Assembly: GCA_044347055.1 (NCBI GenBank)
Contig: JBIIXZ010000002.1
Coordinates: forward strand, 1 to 44,755
Reading direction: 5' to 3'
Length of the DNA: 44,755 bases
From: Bdellovibrionia bacterium
GTDB taxonomy: Bacteria; Bdellovibrionota; UBA1018
The notes beneath the pieces are model-generated. The model was not told the origin of the DNA and did no database searches. It was given only the letters and a program-made list of their open reading frames with translations. A program made the translations under genes and the position numbers. Position 1 is the stretch's first letter; each line of letters opens with the position of its first letter. Shown piece by piece: positions 31,215 through 39,245 of this stretch.

Positions 31215-32282
31215 CTAGCGCTTGAGATTTTTCAAGAGCGTCTCGATCGTGCCCCGCTGCCCCTTGGCCATGTCATCCAGGGTTCGATGCGGAGAATCGA
31301 TCTCCTCGTAAAGCGTGATCTCGGTTTTTGACGGGCCCAGCCTCCGCATGGCCATCCAGCCGCAGAAGTGCTTGAGCTTCTCCTCGCCGCCACCCTTGCG
31401 GTAGCCGATTCGAATCTCATGGCCGCCCGCGGAATCCTGCCTCTCCCAGAGCTCCTGCCAGTCCACACTGATGAACACGAAGGGACGGACGTTCACCTCG
31501 ACCTTCTTGGCGCGATGACCGGGTTTCTCCGAGGCGATCTCCTCGATCTTGAGTCGAGTGTTGCGGGGATTCTTCAGGTTGACCGGATTCCAGAGCTGCT
31601 CGGCGACCTGCTCGATCGAATATTCCACCGTAGTCTGACGGGCCGAAAAAATTCCACCGCCCGAGCGCGCACCGCGAATGACCCTTGTTCCGGCAGCAAC
31701 ACCGTTTTCCGCCACGTTCATCCAGCCCGACTCGATCTTCTGAAGGCATTCATGTGCCTTTGCGGGCGACAAACCCACCTCGGAAGCGTGGACAACCGGA
31801 ACGAGCGGCGGAAGCTGCCCGACGAGTTTCTTCAAGGCCCCGCGCACGATGTCCAGGATCGATGGGCGAGCCTCCACGTCGATCACCAGGCGAGGACGCT
31901 GCTTCACGACAAAGGGTTCCAGCTCGGAATCCGGAACGATCTCAAAATAGCGCTGCCCGGGCTCGCGCTCCTGGAGCTCGAGCTTCCTGAAGAAGGCCTG
32001 CCGCTTGCGGCTGTAGTAGAGAATGCCGATGTAGCGAACGAACTGTCCATCCTGCCCCACCTGCACGAGGTTCCATTTGGACGCCCCCTCTTCGGTGGAG
32101 GCGTCACGAATCCGGGCACGAACTTCGACTTTCTTTGCATCGTGGACGTAGACCAGAGTCTCATCGGCTTCGATCGCTTCGAGGACCCCTTCGGCTCGAG
32201 CAGGCGCCGCCCCCAGGCCAAGCATGCCAAGCAGGGCAAGCACTCCGAGCACTCTTCCGAATTTCCAGCGATAGGGCGTCAT
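31215..32282 (-). CDS. Hypothetical secreted protein, possibly with a START/SRPBCC-like C-terminal half
   Basis: Signal peptide VLGVLALLGMLGLGAAPARA. The domain guess is by eye only. Confidence 0.5.
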   Translation of the reverse strand: MTPYRWKFGRVLGVLALLGMLGLGAAPARAEGVLEAIEADETLVYVHDAKKVEVRARIRDASTEEGASKWNLVQVGQDGQFVRYIGILYYSRKRQAFFRKLELQEREPGQRYFEIVPDSELEPFVVKQRPRLVIDVEARPSILDIVRGALKKLVGQLPPLVPVVHASEVGLSPAKAHECLQKIESGWMNVAENGVAAGTRVIRGARSGGGIFSARQTTVEYSIEQVAEQLWNPVNLKNPRNTRLKIEEIASEKPGHRAKKVEVNVRPFVFISVDWQELWERQDSAGGHEIRIGYRKGGGEEKLKHFCGWMAMRRLGPSKTEITLYEEIDSPHRTLDDMAKGQRGTIETLLKNLKR

Positions 32283-32338
32283 GGAGTCCTGTCTACCAAG
32301 CTGTTCACAGTTTCTCCACCCCGTGTCAGGATGGGGCC

Positions 32339-32653
32339 ATGCCGAAGACTTACGATGCCCACCTCTTCATCTGCACCAATCGCAAGGGACCGGGCCCGGA
32401 CGGAAAACCGCGGGCCTGCTGCGCCGCCAAGGACGCCGAACAGCTTCGTGACCGAGTCAAGGCAGAGGCGTCTCGTCGTTTTTCAGGCCAGTCCATTCGC
32501 GTGAATGCCTCCGGGTGCCTCGGCGCCTGCGAGGAGGGAATCGCCGCCGTCTGCTACAGCGCCTCGGGAGGCCACTGGCAGGTAAACCTCGAGAACACTC
32601 CGGAGTCCTCCGAAGTCCTGCTCCGAACCATCGAAGAGGCACTGGACTCGTGA
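32339..32653 (+). CDS. Thioredoxin-like [2Fe-2S] ferredoxin family protein
   Basis: HLFICTNRK ... ACC ... SGCLGAC Cys pattern. The start is taken at the ATG at 32339. Confidence 0.7.
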   Translation: MPKTYDAHLFICTNRKGPGPDGKPRACCAAKDAEQLRDRVKAEASRRFSGQSIRVNASGCLGACEEGIAAVCYSASGGHWQVNLENTPESSEVLLRTIEEALDS

Positions 32654-32841
32654 GCCTTCTGCTCGAACACCAGGATTCCTGCCCGTTCTGCAACGAGCCG
32701 GTCCTCTTCTTCATTGATCCGAGCCAGGACGAACAGATCTACATCGAGGACTGCACCGTGTGCTGCCGTCCCATCGAGGTCACGGCGCAGTGCGATCCGG
32801 ATTCAGGAGAGCTGCTCGCCGTCCAGATCCGGCGCTCGTGA
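32650..32841 (+). CDS. CPXCG-motif cysteine-rich small protein
   Basis: CPFCNEP ... CTVCCRPIEV. The GTG start overlaps the upstream stop (GTGA at 32650-32653). Confidence 0.6.
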   Translation: MSLLLEHQDSCPFCNEPVLFFIDPSQDEQIYIEDCTVCCRPIEVTAQCDPDSGELLAVQIRRS

Positions 32842-33828
32842 GAGAGACCCTGCCGTGCCGTGAAGGTAGTGCTGCAGCTCTTCGAGCGTCTCGAGACGCT
32901 TGACCTCGTCAAACCACTCCAGCCCGCGATGGCGATGAGCCATCCGAATCCACTGCTTGCAGCGCGAAAGCACCGCGGAGGGCACTGGAAAGTACTCGAG
33001 CGAAATCTCGATGAACCGATCCACGAGCGGAGCCCACGCTTCGCGCGTCAGCGGAGTCGACTCGCTCGCAGAGTCCGCTGGAAGACCGAGCTCGCGAGCC
33101 ACCCGATGAACCAGATCCGGATCAGCAAGCGCTCCCCGTCCCATCATGAAGTGCTCGCAGCCCGTTTCGTCCCGACACCTCAAAAAGTCCTCGAAGGTCC
33201 AGATATCGCCATTTGCCACCAGCGGCACTCCCACGAGCGCGCTCCGGACCTTTCCAATCTGGGACCAGAAGACAGGTGGCTGATAGGCCGCCATGCGAGT
33301 GCGCGCATGGATGGTAATCCAGGAGGCTCCGCCCTCTGCCGCCATTCCCGCATTTTCAAAAATGGCCTCAATGCCATCCCAGCCGAGGCGCATCTTGGCC
33401 GAAACCGGAAGGTGCGCGGGAACAGCCCTGCGAACCGTCTCGACGATGGTGCGGATCCTCGAGGGGTGCTTCAGCAGGGTGGCGCCCCCGTCGTGTCGAT
33501 TCACGGTGGGAGCCGGGCACCCGAAATTCAGGTCGACGCCGGGCGAGCCCATTTCACAGGCCCTGACGGCCGCTTCAGCGAGCTTCTCCGGATCACCGCC
33601 GAGGAGCTGAAGCTGCACGAGCGTCCCCGAGGGCGTGCGCGAACCGTTTTCCAGCTCCGGAAGAAACTCGCGGAACGTTTTTCGGGGAGGAACCTCCTGG
33701 CTCACGCGCAGGAACTCGGACACGCAATGGGTCAACCCTCCCCGCTCGGTCATGAACCGGCGCATGGGGTAGTCCGTCACGCCCTCCATGGGGGCAAGAA
33801 CGAGTGAGGGTTTTCCAGGTTGAATCAC
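32803..33828 (-). CDS. dusC: tRNA-dihydrouridine synthase, DusC-like
   Basis: LAPMEGVTD, SRTPSGTLVQLQLLGG, GGATLLK and AVPAHLPVSAKMRLGWD are collinear with E. coli DusC. GTG start at 33828. Confidence 0.8.
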   Translation of the reverse strand: MIQPGKPSLVLAPMEGVTDYPMRRFMTERGGLTHCVSEFLRVSQEVPPRKTFREFLPELENGSRTPSGTLVQLQLLGGDPEKLAEAAVRACEMGSPGVDLNFGCPAPTVNRHDGGATLLKHPSRIRTIVETVRRAVPAHLPVSAKMRLGWDGIEAIFENAGMAAEGGASWITIHARTRMAAYQPPVFWSQIGKVRSALVGVPLVANGDIWTFEDFLRCRDETGCEHFMMGRGALADPDLVHRVARELGLPADSASESTPLTREAWAPLVDRFIEISLEYFPVPSAVLSRCKQWIRMAHRHRGLEWFDEVKRLETLEELQHYLHGTAGSLSRAPDLDGEQLS

Positions 33829-33873
33829 GTGCGCTGGGGTACCATAACGTGTGCCTGGCCGACACCCGCTGAT

Positions 33874-34773
33874 TCAAGTTCGAATCGTTTCCAGGTATTC
33901 CACCCATTTGATCGCTTCGTCACGCATCGGATCGTTCTCGCCGAACAGCTCTCCCAGGGCGCTGATTCGGGCCAGAGCCTCCGCAAAGTTCCGCTTGAGG
34001 CGTACCTCGCCGAGCAGGGTCCAGAATTCCCATCGAATCTGCTCACGAGCCAGGGCCTTCCACGGTTCCGGACCACTGGACAGGAGCCCCTTGGTGCGAA
34101 CGCGTTTTTCGAGGGCCGACAGCATCCATCGTTGCGGCCTCAGGTACCGCTCGTCAGTCAGGTCCTCCACCTGGGCAAGCTTTCGAAGCTGCCCCTCCAC
34201 CTGGTCGATCAAAGCGGGAAACTGAAACGCAAGCGGTTGCCGGAGCCCACGCGCTACGGCCCTCTGGTGGTACTCCCACTTCTGCCGCCTCACGCTTAGG
34301 GCATCTCCAGAAAGCCGCGAGAGCCATCGGTCGGACTCGCGCAGTCGCATCCAGTAGACCAGAGCCTCCACGGCCGTGGGTGAGCGTGCCTCGCGGACCA
34401 GGGCTTTCCACAGAAGGGGGTCACGCCCCAGCTCGAAACGATTGGCAGCGTCCAGGACCCAGCGGTCCGGACGCTGGTAGAACCGCCACTTTCCCCAACG
34501 ACGAAAAAATCGAGCAAGCGAGATCACTGCAGGCACAGGGGGACGTCCGCCGAGCGAGTAGACCGTGACCTCGAGGTCGGTGAGCGGGCCGGCATAGCCC
34601 AGCGCCAGCCCATTCCGGGCCCAGGCCAGGCATTTGCGCGACGAAAACAGGTAGACCAGAAACCGCGCCATCCGAAGGAGCAGGAAGGTGCGAAGCCGCA
34701 CGAACCAGTTCCGCGATTCCTTGCTCGTCGAAGCGGCGAGTGCCGCAGATGCCTCCGTGCCTGCAGTCTGCAT
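33874..34773 (-). CDS. Hypothetical Trp/Arg-rich protein
   Basis: ATG follows an AGGAGA RBS. GC3-rich codons. 14 Trp in 299 aa, counted by eye. No motif recognised. Confidence 0.5.
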   Translation of the reverse strand: MQTAGTEASAALAASTSKESRNWFVRLRTFLLLRMARFLVYLFSSRKCLAWARNGLALGYAGPLTDLEVTVYSLGGRPPVPAVISLARFFRRWGKWRFYQRPDRWVLDAANRFELGRDPLLWKALVREARSPTAVEALVYWMRLRESDRWLSRLSGDALSVRRQKWEYHQRAVARGLRQPLAFQFPALIDQVEGQLRKLAQVEDLTDERYLRPQRWMLSALEKRVRTKGLLSSGPEPWKALAREQIRWEFWTLLGEVRLKRNFAEALARISALGELFGENDPMRDEAIKWVEYLETIRT

Positions 34774-34866
34774 TCTCCTTCAGCGTAACAGCGGCAGCGA
34801 CTGATGACAAACGGAGGGGCCTCTTTGCAATTGAACCCCGCGCGTTCCGCGTCCATAACCTCAGGC

Positions 34867-35196
34867 ATGAGTGAATCTCGTCGAATCGTGTTCGTCAGAC
34901 CGGAAGGCCGTTTCGAAGTGGATTTCTGCGAGGCTCAGCTGAATCTGCTCGCGCACGCGCAGGCCATCGAGCTGGACGTCGGCAGCCGCTGCGGTGGACA
35001 CGGCATCTGCGGAGGCGACCGCGTCAAGATCGAGCTCTCGCCCGAGGAGAGAGAGGCTCGCCTGTCGCGAGTGACCGCCGATGAACTCGAGCACCTGACG
35101 GAAGAGGAGCTCCGAGAGGGCTGGCGGCTGGCCTGCCAGTGCTTTCCTCAGCCGGGCACCACTTCGCTCGTGGCTCAGGCCCCGCACGGACGCTGA
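34867..35196 (+). CDS. Plant-type [2Fe-2S] ferredoxin-like small protein with an altered ligand motif
   Basis: CGGHGICGGDRV and RLACQC resemble the CGGxGxCGxCxV / LACQ pattern, but Asp51 sits where the third Cys is expected. Confidence 0.55.
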   Translation: MSESRRIVFVRPEGRFEVDFCEAQLNLLAHAQAIELDVGSRCGGHGICGGDRVKIELSPEEREARLSRVTADELEHLTEEELREGWRLACQCFPQPGTTSLVAQAPHGR

Positions 35197-35200
35197 AAAG

Positions 35201-35238
35201 AAAAAGGCCCTGCAGGATTGCTCCGACAGGGCCTTTTC
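35201..35238. terminator. Bidirectional rho-independent terminator between convergent genes
   Basis: Stem ggccctg (35206-35212) pairs with cagggcc (35227-35233). An A-run lies upstream and TTTT downstream, so the hairpin is followed by a T-tract on both strands. Confidence 0.7.
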
Positions 35239-35256
35239 ACAGGTCAGGCTGGTAAA

Positions 35257-35973
35257 TTAGTTCTGGATCGCGAGCGTGAAGCCGGAATTCCGGGCATCGT
35301 TTTCAGACAGGAAGAAAACCCGATCGCACACCGGCACACTCTTGTAATCCTTCGGCTGCACATACTGTTTGGTGCGGTAGTTGCCGACAAACTTGTCGGG
35401 GCTCCGCTTCTGATGCTTCAGGCGGAACTCGAAAGGCATCTCACGGAGCGGATTGGCAGGATCAAAGACTCCAATGCCGGCATTCTGAGCGGATTTGCAG
35501 GCTGACATGATTTCTTCGGCGTGAAGCTCTTCGAAGTGTTCTTCGGTGCATCCGCCGACTTCGCAGATGAGGTAGCTGATGGCCTGGCCCTGGCGGACCT
35601 GCTCGATATTGGTGTTGGTACCGTTGATGACCACGTGGCCCAGCGTGCGGCCGTACTTGTCCCGGCCGAAATCCTCGAGCTCCACGCGGTCGCCCTTCCT
35701 GAGGAGATTTTGGAGCGACGTGGAGGCATCCTTACCCCAGGGAAGCTGGGCGACCGGCCCGCGGTCCGTGATCAGGTGCGATTCAGGAGAGTCGATGCCC
35801 TGCATGCGGATCTTGACGATCTGGTTCTTGGCATCTTTTGCGTGAACCGTATCTCCGTCGACCACCTTCTCGATGGTCACTGCACGAATCTGAACTGCAG
35901 CAATTGCAGTCGTGAAAAACGAACCCGTCATCAGCACTACTGCGGCGGCAACTCCAGCGAGCGTCTTGATCAT
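35257..35973 (-). CDS. Secreted thermonuclease (staphylococcal nuclease, SNase) family protein with C-terminal extension
   Basis: Motifs VVDGDTV, IRMQGIDSPE, DKYGRTLGHV and AQNAGIGVF. Signal peptide follows the ATG at 35973, which is preceded by an AGGGGA RBS. Confidence 0.8.
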   Translation of the reverse strand: MIKTLAGVAAAVVLMTGSFFTTAIAAVQIRAVTIEKVVDGDTVHAKDAKNQIVKIRMQGIDSPESHLITDRGPVAQLPWGKDASTSLQNLLRKGDRVELEDFGRDKYGRTLGHVVINGTNTNIEQVRQGQAISYLICEVGGCTEEHFEELHAEEIMSACKSAQNAGIGVFDPANPLREMPFEFRLKHQKRSPDKFVGNYRTKQYVQPKDYKSVPVCDRVFFLSENDARNSGFTLAIQN

Positions 35974-36130
35974 CGTCTTTTCCCCTATACCGGGCACCCT
36001 ATGACGCCGAACGCATTCTTTCCAACTAAGAAATTAAACTTGCCCAAATGGAATAATTACGCCTTCAGAGCGCCGTGTTTCTGACACAAGGCGAGCTTTA
36101 TTTGGCCCGCGATTTGGAGTCTTTCAGAGC

Positions 36131-36565
36131 ATGAAGAGCACCCTTGCCATGGGCCGATTCGGGCTCGGTCTGATCTTTCTGATCTCCGGAATTTCCAAGG
36201 TCCTCAACTATGACTCGACCCTTCAACTGATGGTAGATCAAGGGGTTGGCGGTGCGTCGATCCTGCTGCCGGTAGCCACCGGAATGGAGATCCTCGGCTC
36301 GATCGCCCTGATCCTGGGATACCGCATCCAGCTGGCCTCACTGCTTCTGGCGGCCTACCTCGTCCCGGTGACGCTGATGTTCCACCGGTTCTGGGCGCTC
36401 ACTGGAGACGCGCGTCAAATCCAGACGATTCAATTCCTGAAGAACCTCTCGATCCTGGGTGGACTCGTCCTGACCTACGCCTATCAGCGCATTCTCGACT
36501 CCTTCACTGCAGGAACCCTGACCACCATCCGACGCGACACCTACGAACGCCGCCGCGCGGGCTAA
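36131..36565 (+). CDS. DoxX family membrane protein
   Basis: Four hydrophobic helices. FLISGISKV and MFHRFW blocks typical of DoxX. Confidence 0.7.
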   Translation: MKSTLAMGRFGLGLIFLISGISKVLNYDSTLQLMVDQGVGGASILLPVATGMEILGSIALILGYRIQLASLLLAAYLVPVTLMFHRFWALTGDARQIQTIQFLKNLSILGGLVLTYAYQRILDSFTAGTLTTIRRDTYERRRAG

Positions 36566-36653
36566 ATGGTCGGGCCCACCTTTTGGTTCAAATCTGCGTC
36601 AAAATTTTGGGGAACTCCTCGCGTTTCAGTTCAAGAGACCCTAAACTCGGGGC

Positions 36654-37259
36654 ATGAATACTCCCGCATGGATGCATCTGACGGAGTGGGGAGCACGCCT
36701 CACTCTCCTGGCACTCGTAGTCCTTTCCATTCTTTCGATTGCCATCATCCTGGATCGTCGAAAGCTCTTGAGATCGCGAGTGGAGCCGGCGGCCCTTGCT
36801 GACCTGAAGGCGGCGATCCGAAACGGAAAACCCGCAGCGACCAGCTCCAGAGACTCCGTTGTCTCGCGTTACCTGACCCTGCTCGGCAGCTCGCTGGGAC
36901 AGGCCCCCACCGAGGCTGTTGACCGCGCGACACGAAGCTTCCTGGCCGAGGAACGACAGCAGCTCGAGCGCGGCCTGACCTTCCTGGCCACGATTGGCTC
37001 CAACGCGCCTTTCATCGGTCTCTTCGGAACGGTGCTCGGCATCATCCAGGCCTTCGGCGAGCTGTCCTCGCAGCAGTCCGGATCGGCTTCCGTGATGTCC
37101 GCCATTTCCGAAGCGCTGGTCGCGACGGCAGTGGGCCTGCTCGTGGCCATACCGGCAGTGGTGGCCTTCAACCTTTTCCAGCGCCGGATCCGTGAAATTC
37201 TGGTTCCCTGCGAGATCCTTCGAGACGAGTTCCTCGCCCATCGCGGCCGAAAGGATTGA
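36654..37259 (+). CDS. exbB: MotA/TolQ/ExbB proton-channel protein
   Basis: LATIGSNAPFIGLFGTVLGII and ALVATAVGLLVAIPAVVAFN signature. Confidence 0.85.
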   Translation: MNTPAWMHLTEWGARLTLLALVVLSILSIAIILDRRKLLRSRVEPAALADLKAAIRNGKPAATSSRDSVVSRYLTLLGSSLGQAPTEAVDRATRSFLAEERQQLERGLTFLATIGSNAPFIGLFGTVLGIIQAFGELSSQQSGSASVMSAISEALVATAVGLLVAIPAVVAFNLFQRRIREILVPCEILRDEFLAHRGRKD

Positions 37260-37262
37260 GCC

Positions 37263-37709
37263 ATGGCGGCCGAACTTCCGCAGGGAGATTTCGCGGATGA
37301 AGGATCAGCTCCGATCAGCGCGATCAACGTCACTCCGTTCGTCGACGTCGTTCTCGTCCTGCTGGTGATCTTCATGATCACGGCTCCGGCGATGATGCGA
37401 GAGACGCTGGGCATCCGGCTTCCGAAGGCATCGAGCACGGAAGGCGCGCAGCCCCAGACGCTTGCGATTGCCATCAATGAGCAGGGACAGATCCTGCTCA
37501 ACGGAAAGCTCTCGAGCAGCGAAGAGCTTCAGCTCGAGGCAGAATCCGCGATCAAGGCCAATCCCTCCGTGCAGGCACTGATCGCTGCCGACGAAAACTC
37601 GAAGCACTCCGCGCTCGTGTCCGTCGTCGATGCTCTGAAAACGGTCGGGCTGGAGCGTTTTGCCATCCAGGTGGCGAGGCCTGAAAGAAAGCCGGAGAGC
37701 CAGCGCTGA
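37263..37709 (+). CDS. exbD: ExbD/TolR biopolymer transport protein
   Basis: INVTPFVDVVLVLLVIFMITAP TM segment with the conserved Asp. Confidence 0.85.
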   Translation: MAAELPQGDFADEGSAPISAINVTPFVDVVLVLLVIFMITAPAMMRETLGIRLPKASSTEGAQPQTLAIAINEQGQILLNGKLSSSEELQLEAESAIKANPSVQALIAADENSKHSALVSVVDALKTVGLERFAIQVARPERKPESQR

Positions 37710-38368
37710 TGTCGCAGCACTCCGCAACGATCGATGGATTGGATTCGAGAGCCCTTCGCGGTTCGATCCTGATCCATGCAGGAATCGCGGCGCTGTATCT
37801 TCTTGCCGTCGTGCTGCCTCGCCTCGTTTCAGATCGCGGGCCACTCGAAAAGATCGACTTCGACGTGATCGACGCTCCGAAGGTGGCGCCCCAGCCGCTG
37901 GAAGCTGCGCCGCCGAAGCCGAAACAGGAGGCCGCCAAGCCGCGCTCGGTCTTCGGCCTTTCTCGGAAAGCGATCACCGGCTCGGACTCATCGGCCCCCT
38001 CCAGCAAGGCAGGAAACACGCTGGCCAAGGAGCAGGACCAGGAAAAGCTGCGTGACGACGACGCCGACTCGCTTCCGATTCCGACGGACGAGTACCTCGT
38101 GAGCCAGATGCCGGTCCTCCTTTCCGACTTTCGCGTGCCCTACCCTCCTGATGCCCGAAAGGCCGGAGTCCAGGGCGCGGTCATTCTCGATCTGCTGATC
38201 GACGGCGAAGGACGCGTGCGCCAGGCCGCCGTGGCACAGAAGCTTTTTCCTTCGCTCGATGAAGCCGCCCTGAAGGCGGCATCGGGCCTGAAGTTCAAAC
38301 CGGCGCGAGTCGCCGAAAAAACCGTCGCCGTAAGGATTCGCTATGCGTACCGATTCGTCCTGGAGTGA
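37709..38368 (+). CDS. tonB: Energy transducer TonB (TM anchor, Pro-rich spacer, TonB C-terminal domain)
   Basis: 1-nt overlap with exbD (TGATG). Spacer APQPLEAAPPKPKQE. C-terminal VPYPPDARKAGVQGAVILDLLIDGEGRV. Confidence 0.8.
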   Translation: MSQHSATIDGLDSRALRGSILIHAGIAALYLLAVVLPRLVSDRGPLEKIDFDVIDAPKVAPQPLEAAPPKPKQEAAKPRSVFGLSRKAITGSDSSAPSSKAGNTLAKEQDQEKLRDDDADSLPIPTDEYLVSQMPVLLSDFRVPYPPDARKAGVQGAVILDLLIDGEGRVRQAAVAQKLFPSLDEAALKAASGLKFKPARVAEKTVAVRIRYAYRFVLE

Positions 38369-38411
38369 TCCCATCTTTCCGACGCTCGCGTGCCCTCGTG
38401 CCGGAGCGGCA

Positions 38412-39245
38412 ATGGTCTTGGCTCTCGCCTCTCTGCTTCTTGGCGGTTGCGGAAACGACAACCTGGATGAGTCTCAGCAGCTGGGTCCTCTTCGCGTGCT
38501 GGCACTTGTGGCCGATCGCCCGGAGGTGACCATTGATGACGCGACTCCGGTGAGCATCACGGCATGGATCAGCGATTACGACAAGGGAGGCCAGCCGGGC
38601 CGGAGTCTGCAGTATGACTATGCCGTCTGTCCGGATCCAGGAATTGCGTACGGAGTGGAGCCGAGATGCCCGACCGCCACACGGTTATCCTTCGGAGACA
38701 GTGTTCCCATTGACGTCAGCCCCATGACCTCGCTCAACGCTTACACCGCCGCCTTATTCACGCAGGCCGTGATCATTCCCACAACCGCAGTTGCTCCGTG
38801 GAACCTGTACTGGTCCAGCAAGACTGCAGCCGAAAAATCCAATGGTGTCGCCCTCCTCGTGACCTTCAGGATCAGCTCCGGCAGCGAAGAAACCACGGCC
38901 TTTCGTCGAATCACCATCACCACCCGCTCCGGCGCGGCACTCAACCAGAATTCGCTGGCGATTACTGGCATCACCCCTTCCAGCCTGCCGACCAGCGAAG
39001 GCAAGGTCAGCCCCAATCTTGCGGCAACCGCGGACAATTACACCATCACCACCAGTGACGGAACGGTCGTGAATCGAACCGAGAAACTGACCGTGAGCTG
39101 GTACACCACTGCCGGCGAATTCAAGTTCAATCGTACGGACGGCGGCTCCGCCAACACGTGGACGCCGCCGACCAGTGGCACCGCCAAAGTGTTTTTGTTC
39201 CTGCGCGATGACCGAGGAGGAGTGAGCGATGCGTTTTCACTCTAA
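38412..39245 (+). CDS. Hypothetical lipoprotein
   Basis: Lipobox LLLGGC after the ATG at 38412. Overlaps the receptor gene by 17 nt. Confidence 0.55.
   Translation: MVLALASLLLGGCGNDNLDESQQLGPLRVLALVADRPEVTIDDATPVSITAWISDYDKGGQPGRSLQYDYAVCPDPGIAYGVEPRCPTATRLSFGDSVPIDVSPMTSLNAYTAALFTQAVIIPTTAVAPWNLYWSSKTAAEKSNGVALLVTFRISSGSEETTAFRRITITTRSGAALNQNSLAITGITPSSLPTSEGKVSPNLAATADNYTITTSDGTVVNRTEKLTVSWYTTAGEFKFNRTDGGSANTWTPPTSGTAKVFLFLRDDRGGVSDAFSL

Noticed and set aside
31368-33807. Plus-strand ORFs 31368..32504 and 32860..33807
   Set aside because: They are antisense to the secreted hypothetical gene and dusC. Their composition is typical of mirror frames.
36585-36594. tRNA T-loop-like GGTTCAAATC
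   Set aside because: The flanking bases (tttgg / ctgcg) cannot form a T-stem, and no acceptor or anticodon arms are present.
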